Origin: Synechococcaceae cyanobacterium | GTDB lineage: Bacteria > Cyanobacteriota > Cyanobacteriia > PCC-6307 > Cyanobiaceae | Reading direction: 5' to 3' | Length of the DNA: 49,592 nt | Assembly (NCBI GenBank): GCA_046319055.1 | Contig: JBKCTK010000004.1 | Span: 1 to 49,592, forward strand | Shown: piece by piece, positions 30,225 to 40,579 of the stretch | Layout: the number at the start of each line of letters is the position of its first letter | Numbering within the stretch: the stretch's first letter is position 1 | Translations under genes and position numbers: made by a program | The notes under the pieces: model-generated | Seen by the model: the letters and a program-made list of their open reading frames with translations, nothing else | Told to the model about the DNA's origin: nothing | The model's database searches: none

Positions 30225-31225
30225 ATGACCAACTGTCCAGCCACCAGCGGCCCGGTGCGGCAACTGCGGTGGCTGCGCCAGCCCGAGCAGGCCTCCACAC
30301 TGCGGCGCATCGCCAGCGGGGGATCGGCGGGCTTTTCCAGCGGTCCGGTGGCAGGGTGCCTGATCCAGCTGATGGCGCAGCGCCAGGGCTTGATCCGTGC
30401 CGAGGACCTGCGTGCTGACCGGGCCCAGCTGGTGCGGCCGCGGCTGATCCGGTTTCGTGGGCACCCCGTGCTGGGCCTGCCGCCGCCGGCGGGGGGGCTG
30501 AGCCTGCTGCAGGCGCCGCGGCTGCTTTCCGAACGGCATCTGGTCAGCCGGCGCATGGGGATCGCCCCCAGCGCCTCACGCCCGCAGCCCGGCTGACCGC
30601 CTTGGCTACCGGAACGCCGGAGGGGGGGGGGAACACCACCCATCTCTCGACAACACATCGCCACGGCGGCCTGGTGGCGCTGACCACCAGCCGCAACCTG
30701 CCGTTCGGCAACGGCATCAGCATCCCCGGCACTGGGGTTCTGCTGCACAACACGATGGACGACTTCGCCGCGCGGGCCGGCAGGGCCAATGCTTTCGGCC
30801 TGCGGCAAGGGGAGCGCCACAACATCGCGCCGCGGGCCAGGCCCCTCAGCTCCATGGCCCCGACCCTGGTGTTCCGGCCCGAGGGCCACCCCTGGCTGGC
30901 CCTCGGCAGCCCCGGGGACAGCCGCATCACCAGCGCGGTATTGCCGGTGTTGTTGAATCGGCTCGTGCATGGCCTCAATCTCGCCTCCGCCGTGAGCGAG
31001 CCCCGCATCCACAGCCCGTTGTGGCCCGACACCGTGGGCTTCGAGCAGGGCCTCAGCCCCAAATCCCAACGACAGCGGAAGGCCATGGGCCATGCGTTGC
31101 AGCCCACCCGGGCGATGGGAGCCGCCACCGCGGTGGAACACCTCCCATTCCCGTGGGGTGACCGCCAGGGAAGCCTTGGACTGAGCGATCCCCGCCGCTC
31201 TGCGGGGCCTGCCGTGGGGGAATGA
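30225..31225 (+). pseudogene. ggt: Gamma-glutamyltransferase remnant
   Basis: Large-subunit fragment QPEQASTLRRIA..GLI..EDL..PPPAGG, stop at 30596, then in another frame the small subunit NTTHLS..FGNG..TGVLLHNTMDDF..RPLSSMAP..GSPGDSRI..EPRIH; N-terminus missing. Confidence 0.82.
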
Positions 31226-31327
31226 ATCCCCACGCCCTGTTCGGCGGAGGCGGCTTTCGTTTTCCTGGCATCGTGGGCCAAACTTGCATGCAGTTCTGAA
31301 CGGACTGAGGTCCTGGCTAGAGGTCTG

Positions 31328-32143
31328 ATGCTGCAGCACGAGCAACCCGTCACCGCATCTCCCTCTCGGGCCCATCGGCTTTGGATCCTGGAGGACGACA
31401 CCGAGCTCTGTCAGCTGCTGGTCGACCGTTGTGCACGCCGCGGCTGGACCCTGGAGGCCTTCCATCAACCCCGCGCCATGGAACAGGCCCTGCAGGACAG
31501 CAGACCAGACCTGCTCGTGCTCGATCAGATGCTGCCGCTGAAGAGCGGCCTTGATGTGCTGGCAGGCTTGCGCCGCCAGGGGCACCGTTTCCCGGTCTTG
31601 ATCCTGTCAGCCCTCAACGCTGCTAGTGATCGCATCGCCGGTCTTGAGCACGGAGCCGACGACTACCTGGGTAAGCCGTTCGTGTTCCGGGAGCTGCAGC
31701 TCCGGGTTGAACGATTGCTGCGTTCCGAGCCTCAGCCCACGCCCGATTTCGACCCTGGTGGTCAGGACGAGCAGTCCCCAGCCCCCGATTCCCCCTTCGG
31801 AGCCACCCCGTTCTGGATCGGGGCCTCGTTGTTCGATCCCGGGCAGTTTTGCCTGCAGGGCCCAGGCGGCAACCTGATCCGGCTCACCCGTGGTGACACA
31901 GCCCTGCTGGTGGCCCTCTGTCGTAAACCCGATGCCGTGGTTAGCCGTCAAATCCTGGCCAAGGCTTGCGGCAGCCTGGTTGATGTCAATCAGAGTCGCA
32001 CCATCGACGTGCGGATGTCGCGGCTGCGGCGCACGCTCCAGGAGCTGGAGCCGCACACCCACCTCTTGGAAGCGTGTCGCGGCTCTGGCTATCGCCTCCA
32101 TGGCGTCCGTCCCATGGAGCCGCCAATCCATGGCGACGACTAA
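31328..32143 (+). CDS. OmpR-family response regulator
   Basis: LEDD, LDQMLP, GADDYLGKPF, winged helix SRTIDVRMSRLR..RGSGY. Confidence 0.92.
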   Translation: MLQHEQPVTASPSRAHRLWILEDDTELCQLLVDRCARRGWTLEAFHQPRAMEQALQDSRPDLLVLDQMLPLKSGLDVLAGLRRQGHRFPVLILSALNAASDRIAGLEHGADDYLGKPFVFRELQLRVERLLRSEPQPTPDFDPGGQDEQSPAPDSPFGATPFWIGASLFDPGQFCLQGPGGNLIRLTRGDTALLVALCRKPDAVVSRQILAKACGSLVDVNQSRTIDVRMSRLRRTLQELEPHTHLLEACRGSGYRLHGVRPMEPPIHGDD

Positions 32144-33458
32144 ACGCAACCGGCTCGCCCGCCAGGACTGGGTGGCCCTACTGCTCTGCTGCCTTTTTGG
32201 GGTTGGGCTCAGCGGCCTGGTGCTCTGGTTGTTGCTTGCCACCGTGCTGGCGCCCGTGTTGCTGCAGGAGCGTGGGCTGCGCACAAACCGCACCGTGCGT
32301 CTGGTGGAGAAAGTGCTGGAGACCACGCCTTCCAGCAAACTGCCCAGCGGGGTGATCATCAACCGCTTGCCGGAGGGCCCGGAGGCCGCGGAAGACGACC
32401 TGCGGCGCTTTGATCCGGAGTTCATCACCTACCTAGAACAGCGTTACGGCCTGCGGCGCCAGTTCCGGCGGGATCGGCCGCCTTTGCGCGATCCCTGGGG
32501 TGGCTTCTGGATCCGCCTGGAACGTTCCCATCACCGCGGTCCGCCCATCTGGCTGTACCAACCGGAGCGACTCTCCTCCAATGTTTGGTTCCTGCCGCTG
32601 CTGCGCATCATGGCCGTGGTGCTGGGTTTGATCGGCGGCAGCATCCTGTTCCTGCGCCAGCGGTTGGAGCAGCCGCTCGGCCGCATGCTGCTCCAGCTCC
32701 AGGAAGACCCGCGGCCACCGCTGCCCCTGCTGCCGGAGCAGGGCCTGGCGCCGCTGCGGGAGCTCACCTTCCGGGTCAACCGCCTGATGGAGAGCATCAA
32801 CGACGCCGATCGGGCCCGTTCCAGCCTGCTGCGGGGCATCGCCCATGACCTGGCCTCGCCCCAGACCCGGCTGCTGCTCCACGCCGAAAGCCTGCGAGAA
32901 ACCCTTGATGGCGAGGCGCTGGTGCAGATGGACGCCATCGAGAACGACCTGCGGCAGTTGACAGCCATCACCGAGCAGCTGGGCCTGCTGGCCGAGCGGT
33001 CGCTGCCGATGCGGCAGCGCACGGCCGTGGGACTCGACGATCTCTGCGCCCGTGTGATGGGCTCCTATCCGGGAGTTCAGATCCAGATGCGGGTTCCGCG
33101 ACTGATCGTGATCGTGGAAAGACTGGGGCTGGAACGCAGTCTGTGCAATCTGATCGACAACGCCATCGAATACGGCACCCCGCCCGTGCTGATCAGTGCC
33201 CAGCGCGAGCGCTCGCGCCTGCTGCTGCGGGTCGAGGATCATGGACCTGGGCTGGCCAGTCCAACCCAGCTCACCATGACGACCCCACCGGCGGCCAATG
33301 ACCGGCAACGTCGACGCCATCAGGGTTTGGGGCTGGAAATCGTCGATCGCTTTTGTCGCGACCACGGCGGCAGGCTGCTGCTCCAGACTTCGCGGCTGGG
33401 GGGGTTGTGCGCGACCCTCGAGCTCGAATCGCGCCCGAATCAGCCGCTGTTCGTCTGA
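32130..33458 (+). CDS. Sensor histidine kinase (EnvZ-like, 2 TM)
   Basis: AHDLASP (H box), NLIDNA (N box), EDHGPG (G1), GLGL (G2); overlaps the regulator by 14 nt. Confidence 0.9.
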   Translation: MATTKRNRLARQDWVALLLCCLFGVGLSGLVLWLLLATVLAPVLLQERGLRTNRTVRLVEKVLETTPSSKLPSGVIINRLPEGPEAAEDDLRRFDPEFITYLEQRYGLRRQFRRDRPPLRDPWGGFWIRLERSHHRGPPIWLYQPERLSSNVWFLPLLRIMAVVLGLIGGSILFLRQRLEQPLGRMLLQLQEDPRPPLPLLPEQGLAPLRELTFRVNRLMESINDADRARSSLLRGIAHDLASPQTRLLLHAESLRETLDGEALVQMDAIENDLRQLTAITEQLGLLAERSLPMRQRTAVGLDDLCARVMGSYPGVQIQMRVPRLIVIVERLGLERSLCNLIDNAIEYGTPPVLISAQRERSRLLLRVEDHGPGLASPTQLTMTTPPAANDRQRRRHQGLGLEIVDRFCRDHGGRLLLQTSRLGGLCATLELESRPNQPLFV

Positions 33459-33641
33459 ACCCGCGACGCTGATGCCCGGCCCCGGCGGCGACATGCCCCT
33501 CCGATCGCCCCGTCAGCACGCTAGAAAGCCCACGGCCCGCCGCAAGGGCGGCCTCCGCCGACAGCGCAAATCCGGTTCCTTGAACAGCGGGCCGTGCCCC
33601 GGGTCGGCAGGCTATAGAGCGGCCATCGCCAGCTCCAACCG

Positions 33642-34511
33642 ATGCTGTTTCAGATCCGCCACTCGTTGGACTACACCTACGACCGGCCCGTGTTTCTCGA
33701 ACCGCATACGCTGCGGCTCACCCCACGGCAGGACGCCAGCCAGCGGCTGCGGCGCCATCGGTTGGAGATTCACACCCCGGCCAGCGGCCAATGCCCCGTC
33801 CAGGAGCCGGAGGGTAGCGAAGCGGTGGTGTTGTGGTTCAACGACCAGCGGGAACGGCTGCGGATCCAGGTGGAAAGCCAGGTGGAGACCTGCCGCCACA
33901 ACCCCTTCGACTGGATCGTGAGCACGGCGGAAGCCCGGCGCCTGCCCACCGTCTACGCGCCGGCGCTATCAGCCTGCCTGGTTCCCTGCCTGGGGACCGA
34001 CCAGCACCCGACAGTGAGCGGCTGGGCCCAAGCGCTCGCCGCCGAGGTCGATCACGACAGCACGGCCTTTCTGATGACCCTCGCCGACCGGATCCACCAC
34101 GGATTCCACCACGTGGGCCGCCTGGACGGCGCCCCCCTGCCACCGGAGCAAACCCTGCGGGAGCGGAGCGGTGCCTGCCGCGATACGGCGGTGCTCTTCA
34201 TGGCGGCCTGCCGGAGTCAAGGGCTGGCGGCTCGTTTCGTGAGCGGCTACTCCTGCCACCATCCGCCCGAAGTGAGCGAGCACGAGCTGCATGCCTGGGC
34301 GGAGGTGTACCTGCCCGGGGGCGGCTGGCGCGGGTACGACCCCAGTCTGGGCCTGGCGGTGGCCGATGGGCATGTGGTGTTGGCCGCAGCCGCCGATCCA
34401 GCCCTCGCCGCACCCCTGAGCGGCAGCTATCGGGGCACCGGTGCCAGCTCCCGGCTGAGCTATACGGTGAATCTGCAGCTCCTCGACGAGCCTGAGCTGG
34501 AGAACGCTTGA
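33642..34511 (+). CDS. Transglutaminase-like family protein
   Basis: H...YTY..PV...H.LRLTP N-terminal domain; GACRD, ARFVSGY, HAWAEVY, YDP triad. Confidence 0.92.
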   Translation: MLFQIRHSLDYTYDRPVFLEPHTLRLTPRQDASQRLRRHRLEIHTPASGQCPVQEPEGSEAVVLWFNDQRERLRIQVESQVETCRHNPFDWIVSTAEARRLPTVYAPALSACLVPCLGTDQHPTVSGWAQALAAEVDHDSTAFLMTLADRIHHGFHHVGRLDGAPLPPEQTLRERSGACRDTAVLFMAACRSQGLAARFVSGYSCHHPPEVSEHELHAWAEVYLPGGGWRGYDPSLGLAVADGHVVLAAAADPALAAPLSGSYRGTGASSRLSYTVNLQLLDEPELENA

Positions 34512-34515
34512 GGCG

Positions 34516-35010
34516 TTAACGGCACTGACTGGCCAGCCGTTGCCAGCGGCCCAGGGCCTGGCCGGCGAGAAACGGCTGCTCAGCGCTGAGGGCCCGCTCG
34601 AATTCCCCGTGTTGGGGTGATCGCAGCCAATCCGCCACAAAGCCTGCACAGGCGGATCCGGTTGGGGAGGCGGCAAAAGCCGCATCGGCGCCCAGGCGCA
34701 GTCGAAACAGCGGCTGCTGCCCATAGCGCTGACGAAAGGCCTCCACATCGAGGGGCGCCAGGGACCGCTGTCCGAGCGGAGCGGCCTGCTCGGCTGCCTG
34801 GGCCAGGGCAGCCGCCGACCTGTCCGAGGGGGTGGCGGAGCCCCCCGGGAATGCTCCGTGCGCAAACCCGCCTGTGCCCACAAGCCCGATGGCGAACCCA
34901 CCAGCGCTGATCACGGCGTTGCGGCCAAGGGCTGTGAAGATCAAGGCATGGGACCTGTCGACGCCCTCATCCTCAAAGAAGGCTCCCCCGTTGTCTCGCC
35001 ACAACCGCAC
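34516..35010 (-). CDS. Hypothetical protein, possibly exported
   Basis: Fills the gap downstream of alkB in the same orientation; hydrophobic N-terminal part; start uncertain. Confidence 0.4.
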   Translation of the reverse strand: MRLWRDNGGAFFEDEGVDRSHALIFTALGRNAVISAGGFAIGLVGTGGFAHGAFPGGSATPSDRSAAALAQAAEQAAPLGQRSLAPLDVEAFRQRYGQQPLFRLRLGADAAFAASPTGSACAGFVADWLRSPQHGEFERALSAEQPFLAGQALGRWQRLASQCR

Positions 35011-35644
35011 CGCCTAGGCGCCGGAAGGTGAGATTCAAGCGAGGCTCGCGCAGGCGCAGCCGCCGCGGCAGTGCATGCTGCCAATGACTCTGGGTGGGAG
35101 GGTCCATCACCAGTAGGTCGCCATCGGCCAGTTCGAGGTCGAGAGGCTGGCCAGCACCCCCACGGGGCCGCAGCCGGAAGGTGCGGCTGGCTCCGAGGCT
35201 GAGGGAGGCGATGGGGGACTCAGGGTCGAGCTCAGGCTCATCATCCGCATGCCAGCCCATGGCATCGCGACCATCGCGGTAGTAGTTCAGCAACACGCCG
35301 TTGAACCCGTGCCCAGGCGCCAGGGCCAGCTGGGCTTCGATCTCCCGGCGCAGTCGCACCAGCGGCGGCGTCCAAGGCTGGGGGGGCTGCTTCAATCCGC
35401 TGTAGCCGTAGGCCTGGTGGGGATCGGCCACCCAGCAACTCAGCCGCGGAATGGGCCCTTGGCGGCCATAGACGCTGATGGTGGGCTGCTGCCAAGGGGT
35501 GGCTTCCCGCAGCAACCGAAGCCAGCCGGTGGGATCCACCAGCCAGCCACGCCAGAGGCGCACGCGCAAGCCATCATCCCGAAAGGTGTCGTGGACGACC
35601 GAGGCTGGCGTGAAGGGCAGCGAGAGCTGGGCAGGCTGGGGCAT
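34973..35644 (-). CDS. alkB: AlkB-family 2OG-Fe(II) dioxygenase (ALKBH2/3-like)
   Basis: LLNYYRDG.D.MGWHADDE, SLSLG, WQHALP, RLNLTFR. Confidence 0.9.
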   Translation of the reverse strand: MPQPAQLSLPFTPASVVHDTFRDDGLRVRLWRGWLVDPTGWLRLLREATPWQQPTISVYGRQGPIPRLSCWVADPHQAYGYSGLKQPPQPWTPPLVRLRREIEAQLALAPGHGFNGVLLNYYRDGRDAMGWHADDEPELDPESPIASLSLGASRTFRLRPRGGAGQPLDLELADGDLLVMDPPTQSHWQHALPRRLRLREPRLNLTFRRLGGAVVARQRGSLL

Positions 35645-36112
35645 CCCTGATGGCACCGCCAGGAGCCCCGCAGCATGGCGCGCCACGAAGGCGCAAGGCG
35701 GCGTTCACCGCAGATTCAGCCTTTCTTGCGGCTGGGCCAGGATGCTGGCGGCTGCGCAACGCTACTGGCGCCAAGGGTGCTTAGAGCAGCCCGATCTCAG
35801 ACAGATCAAAAGATGCTCCTCACTGATTTCCCGCGAACATTCGGGAGAAGCCAAGGGGGTGGGCCCATGACTCAACCCCGGTCACTCCCGTATCAACGAT
35901 CACAGGGGAGGGGCGAATAGCCAGAGCCGATTGAGCAAGGAGCTGCAGGGCGCCCAACCGGGTCCGATTCGCAACAGCTCGGTTCCAGGCCCGGTTGAAA
36001 CCTGGATAGCCCAAGGGTTGTCCGGTACATTTCCGCAGCAACCGCCTGGCGGCCAAGCCCCGTCCGCTTCTGTTGACCTGCCCTCCCGCCAGCTGTTGAG
36101 CATCTCCGCCTG

Positions 36113-36937
36113 ATGTCCACCTCCGCCAGCCATCACCAGGAGCAACGCAACGCCAGGCTGGCGGAGCTGGAGGCCACCCGACGGCAAATCGAGGCCTACC
36201 AGACCTTGCTGCAGGAGGTACCCACGGTCTTTGAGCGCAAGTTTCGGGAGCGGTTGCAACCGGTGCTTCAGCGCAATCGCGAGATCGCGGCAGAAAGCCA
36301 GCAGTTGCGCGAACAGCTCAGCATGGCTCTGCCACCAAGCCCCGCGGCCGAGGCAGCCGCACTCCCTGCCGGCCTGGGCCACACTGTCTCTACTGCCCTT
36401 AAGCACGATCGCGCTGCCGAACAGGCCACCGCGACAACGACAACCGAAGCGTCTCCCCCCGGCGGGCCAGCTCTGGAGGGGTTGCGCAAGCGTGTCAGAC
36501 CGCCACGTTCCTGGCCCTCACCCTGGCTGAAGGGTGGTGCCGCAATCGCCCTGCTCGGGCTGTCTCTGCTGGCCCTGGGGCCGCTGAGCCGCCAGCTGCC
36601 AATGGCTCAGCTCTCCAGGTTCCTCAACCTCACGCCGCAGGATGCGGGGGCGATCGGTCCGGAGGAGCTGCAGCTCATCAGCAAGGGCAGCTGGATTGAG
36701 GTGCAAGCCGCCTCAGGAGAGCCTCTTTATGCCGGCATCCTGGAGGGAGAACGGCGCTTCGCGATCGGCCCTGGACTGCGCCTCAATGCGGGCCGCCCCG
36801 ATCTGGTCAGCTACCGCATCGGCAAGCGTCCGGTCGCGCCGCTGGGCCCGATCGAGGATGTGGGTTGGCGAACCCTCGATTCGCCTCTGAGAAACCCAGC
36901 AGCGGTCCCCGCTTTGGAGACAGAGATTCGGCCCTAA
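36113..36937 (+). CDS. Coiled-coil + TM + DUF4115 (RodZ C-terminal-like) protein
   Basis: N-terminal heptad-rich helix, TM AAIALLGLSLLALG, C-terminal SWIEV...LYAG......GLRLNAGRPD. Confidence 0.7.
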   Translation: MSTSASHHQEQRNARLAELEATRRQIEAYQTLLQEVPTVFERKFRERLQPVLQRNREIAAESQQLREQLSMALPPSPAAEAAALPAGLGHTVSTALKHDRAAEQATATTTTEASPPGGPALEGLRKRVRPPRSWPSPWLKGGAAIALLGLSLLALGPLSRQLPMAQLSRFLNLTPQDAGAIGPEELQLISKGSWIEVQAASGEPLYAGILEGERRFAIGPGLRLNAGRPDLVSYRIGKRPVAPLGPIEDVGWRTLDSPLRNPAAVPALETEIRP

Positions 36938-37856
36938 CCCTGAACGCTCGCCCTGGCCTCGGCAGGGCCAGGACCCTTGCGAGCTTCCCCGTCATTCACC
37001 ATCCAGTTCTGATCGAACAAAAATCGTATTGGTTGATCATCATTCGAGGTCATCAGCCTGAATTCCCGCGATCCCAGATCAGACCCGATACCCAAATTCA
37101 CCTCGGATGGGTTGGCGAACAGCCCATGGACCCCGCAGCACTCGCGCAAAGGATATGGTCAGCCGGATTGACATGACAGCAAGTTCTTTGAAGCTGGCTT
37201 TTTCGAGAGGTCCAGGGTGAATTCTGCCGCGATCTTCCACAGCACGCACTTTTGCGGCGGTCCAGCCATACGCCGCCGAGCTCGGACCTGCAGGACGTAG
37301 CGGGATTCGATGCCGGAACGTGTGCAAACCCCTCCAATGCCCTTGCCTCGGCGAGTTGCCCCATGAAGGCTAGAACAGGCTTTGCAACAAACTTCAAGAA
37401 CAGCACAGCAGAATCCTGCTGCGCCAAGCCCCAGCAAGGCTTTCACCTTCGCCGAGGGGGCTCCCTGATGAACACCTGAATTCCCAGAAGCTTCTTGCCA
37501 ACCTCCAGCCCTCCCAGGGATTCCGCCAAGTGGCAGATCCCGATCCAGCGCTTGACGAAAAGCGAGCTAATGGGGAGTGCGGCGGCATGGGGGCTGCCGA
37601 AATGAGAGCAATCTGATAGTCACACCGCACCCATTCGTTGGTGATGTTGTGGGGTTGGTGGAGGTGTGGGCGACAGGCTCCTAGGGCTTGCCGCCTCCAG
37701 CGGGATCCTCTACCAGCAATAGCCACACGCCGGCGACCAGGGGAAGCCAGACAAGCCAGGAGGCCGAAAGCACCGCGCCACTGAGGTGCAGCAGCGGCTG
37801 CAGCAGACACGACGCGAGGCTGGACACCAACAGCACAAGCAGAACCAACGCGGCCA

Positions 37857-38549
37857 TCAGGGATGCGGAGGCGAGGGTTGGGCCATGCCCTCAGGCCCAG
37901 GGCGAAGCTGGCGCCATTGGTCAGCCTCCGGGCCTGAGGCCTCGTGCCAGGCCAGCACACGACTGGCCTGGCCTCGACAGGCGGGCCAGGGGAGAGGGGC
38001 CAGCAATGGCAGATCAGGAAACGTGCGGGCGGCGGACAGGGCATCCAGTGCGGATGGTTCCCCGGTTCGATTGATGCTGGTCGTGGCCAGCGGGCCACAC
38101 AGCCGCAGCAGCGATCGGGCCGACTCGCATGCGGGGACCCGCAACCCCAAGGAATGGCCGCCGGGATGAAGCTGCTCGGTGATCGGGCCTGGGATCGGCA
38201 GCACGAGGGTCACGGCCCCGGGCCAGCTGAGGGCGGCCATCTCCAGCCAGCTTTCTCGCCAAGGGATGGTCAGCAGCTGTTGGAGCTGGGCCAGATCCGC
38301 ACCCATCAGGATCAAGGGTTTGTCCATGGGCCGGCGCTTGAGGCGCCAGAGGCTTTGGGCCTGAGCCGGCGAGGCCGCCAGCGCCGGCACCGTATCGGTG
38401 GGAAACAGGGCGGCTCCGCCCGATTGCAGGTGCTGGGCCAGGGGCTCCGCCGGCAAGGTCCAGAGAGCGGAGGGATGCCCAGCTGGCCTGGCCGCCGCTG
38501 CCGCGCCGCCGTGAAGCCCCGTGGGCTGGGGGGGATGGGGGGATTCCAT
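37857..38549 (-). CDS. tsaC: L-threonylcarbamoyladenylate synthase (Sua5/YrdC/TsaC)
   Basis: FPTDTV, KRRP.DKPLI, WPGAVTLVL, GLRVP, GPLATTSIN. Confidence 0.92.
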   Translation of the reverse strand: MESPHPPQPTGLHGGAAAAARPAGHPSALWTLPAEPLAQHLQSGGAALFPTDTVPALAASPAQAQSLWRLKRRPMDKPLILMGADLAQLQQLLTIPWRESWLEMAALSWPGAVTLVLPIPGPITEQLHPGGHSLGLRVPACESARSLLRLCGPLATTSINRTGEPSALDALSAARTFPDLPLLAPLPWPACRGQASRVLAWHEASGPEADQWRQLRPGPEGMAQPSPPHP

Positions 38550-38566
38550 GCTCAGCGGAGTCAGGG

Positions 38567-39715
38567 TCAGTCCAAACCGCTCAAACCACCACCCGCGAGC
38601 GACGCCCGGCCGTCCGGCCCGGTGGAGGTCCCAGGCCCTGCCGCGGTTGCCCCAGGGGCTGGCCGAACGGCGTCGGGTGGCCTAATGGCGGCCGCGAACC
38701 GGCGCACGCCTTCGAGGTCGCGGAAGGCCTGGGGATTGTGCAGACCCGCCGCTTGCATCAGCGCCAGCACCGCCGGGCTCTGATCGTGGTGGTGTTCCAC
38801 CAGCAGCAGTCCGCCCGGAGCCAACGCCAGCGGGGCGGCGGCCACAATGGCCCGTAGGCAGGTGAGCCCGTCGGCTCCACCATCAAGGGCCAGACGGGGT
38901 TCATGGTCGCGGACCAGGGGATCCAAGTTGGCGACGACAGCGCTGGGAATGTAGGGAGGATTGGCGATGGCAAGCTCGAAACGCCCCCACCAGGGCTGCA
39001 GGGGCTCCCACCAGCTTCCCCGCAACAGGCTGACCCGTTCGGTCAACCCTTGGGCATCGAGGTTGCGGCGGGCCTGGGCCAAGGCCGCACCGCTGAGGTC
39101 CACCGCCAGGCCCTGGGATGCGGGGAAGGTTCTGGCCAGGGCGATCGCCAGGCAGCCCGATCCCGTGCCGAGGTCAGCCCAGAGCGCCGGCGCAGGGCGG
39201 AGCTCCAAAGCGTCTTCTGCCGTGCCACCACGAGCTGGAGCCTGGGTGTGGAGCAGCAGCTCCACCAAGAGCTCCGTTTCCTGGCGGGGGATCAGCACAC
39301 CAGGGCCGACTTCAAGGTTCAGATCCCGCCAGGGGCAGCAGCCCACCAGGTACTGAAGCGGCCCGGCCCCTTGGCGATGGGCACACCAGATCGCCTCCAG
39401 CGCCTGGAGGCTGCGTTGCAGCGTCACCCGCCGCTGGGGCTGGAGCCGCAAGCCCTGTAGCTCACTCCAGGGAAGACCACCGGCCAGATCCAGCAGCCAA
39501 TCCAGATCAGCCCCGGCGCCGCCGACCTGGAGCAAGCGGCGGCGCCAGGCCAGCAAGGCTTCGGCGCTCACCAGCTCCCCCGCGTCCGAGGGCGGTGCTG
39601 CGCCACTCCGGGGCGCTCCCGCGACGGAGGAGATGCTGCCGGCTGGGAAGGGCGGGGCCGCGGCCCAGAGCCGCGCGGCCGCGGGGCTACCTACCACTGG
39701 GGGCTCTGAGCTCAT
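38567..39715 (-). CDS. prmC: Release factor glutamine methyltransferase
   Basis: PLQYLVG, VLIPRQETE, DLGTGSG, NPPY, HEP.LALDGG.DGL; start uncertain. Confidence 0.93.
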   Translation of the reverse strand: MSSEPPVVGSPAAARLWAAAPPFPAGSISSVAGAPRSGAAPPSDAGELVSAEALLAWRRRLLQVGGAGADLDWLLDLAGGLPWSELQGLRLQPQRRVTLQRSLQALEAIWCAHRQGAGPLQYLVGCCPWRDLNLEVGPGVLIPRQETELLVELLLHTQAPARGGTAEDALELRPAPALWADLGTGSGCLAIALARTFPASQGLAVDLSGAALAQARRNLDAQGLTERVSLLRGSWWEPLQPWWGRFELAIANPPYIPSAVVANLDPLVRDHEPRLALDGGADGLTCLRAIVAAAPLALAPGGLLLVEHHHDQSPAVLALMQAAGLHNPQAFRDLEGVRRFAAAIRPPDAVRPAPGATAAGPGTSTGPDGRASLAGGGLSGLD

Positions 39716-39863
39716 GACAGGAGCGGGAGGACGTGAATTGACTACAAATGCCGCTGATGGAGTGTGAGCCGCCGGACGAGGCACTGATGCAGTAGAGAAT
39801 TATCTTACAGCAACGAATCAGCAGAAGCCCCCCTGAAAGCCATTTCTTAGGATTTCCATTTTA

Positions 39864-39972
39864 GGGGGCTCAAAAATCGCCAGTTCTTACTCACATCCAG
39901 CCCAAGACCTATTGCACTGCCTGGGCTCGCGTTTTGAAGGAAGCTTTGGACCGTTGATTGTTCGAGGTGCCC
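39864..39972. mobile_element. MITE family C (about 110 bp), diverged copy
   Basis: Ends GGGGGCTCAAAAAT / ATTGTTCGAGGTGCCC resemble those of the 44173-44283 element; similar length; weak interior similarity. Confidence 0.45.
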
Positions 39973-40255
39973 ATTGGGCCACGGCGACATGGCGAGCTCC
40001 GAGAGACCACGCCAACAAGCCGATCCAGGAGCAACAGGGGCTTCACGGGGGTGGGATACGTGACCCCGAAATCCCTTTGCCCAACAAAGTGGAGCGCCGA
40101 GGGTGTTGTCATCGTTATCCAATGCCTTCACTTTATGCCGAAACGGGGCCTACTATTTTTTAGGTTTTCTAGAGACAATCTGATCCGTCACGCTGGTCCT
40201 CAGGGCCAAACGGAGCCCGATCAGCCAGCAAGAACCGCACACGCAACCATGGCCC

Positions 40256-40401
40256 CATGGGAGGCCTGAAGGTCGCGCTTCTGAGCTCGCAAGGCTCAGG
40301 TTCTGCTGCATTCCGAGACGATCCAGCAGGGTCTGACGTGAGTTCTGGCGGTGCTGATGCCGCGAGGTCGGGCCGCTGGAGAGAACTTGGAGGCAACCCT
40401 G
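40256..40401 (+). mobile_element. MITE family B (about 145 bp, CAGGG-type ends), uninterrupted copy
   Basis: Aligns end to end with 47839-48144 once the nested element is removed; CCATGGCCCC repeated on both flanks. Confidence 0.8.
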
Positions 40402-40579
40402 ACCCATGGCCCCAACGCATGCCGGGTCCAGCATGTGGTCGGGCCCCTGAAACGATGCGCCGCGCGGCTCTGCGCGGCAGCGTGGCCGGTCTGGAGGCGG
40501 GAAACCCCCGCAATGTTCGGAGCCCATGCTCAATCCGTTGGCCGGCGGCTAAAGGATTGATCCGCCAGCCATGTGGGGA

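Noticed and set aside
30622-30631. G10 tract as a phase-variation switch
   Set aside because: It lies in a gene already broken by large deletions, so slippage could not restore function.
36940-37850. Possible tRNA or small gene downstream of tsaC
   Set aside because: No cloverleaf or T-arm signature and no convincing ORF on either strand.
1004-39149. Scattered GCGATCGC (HIP1) sites
   Set aside because: Only a handful seen; a well-known cyanobacterial feature, and enrichment cannot be judged by eye.
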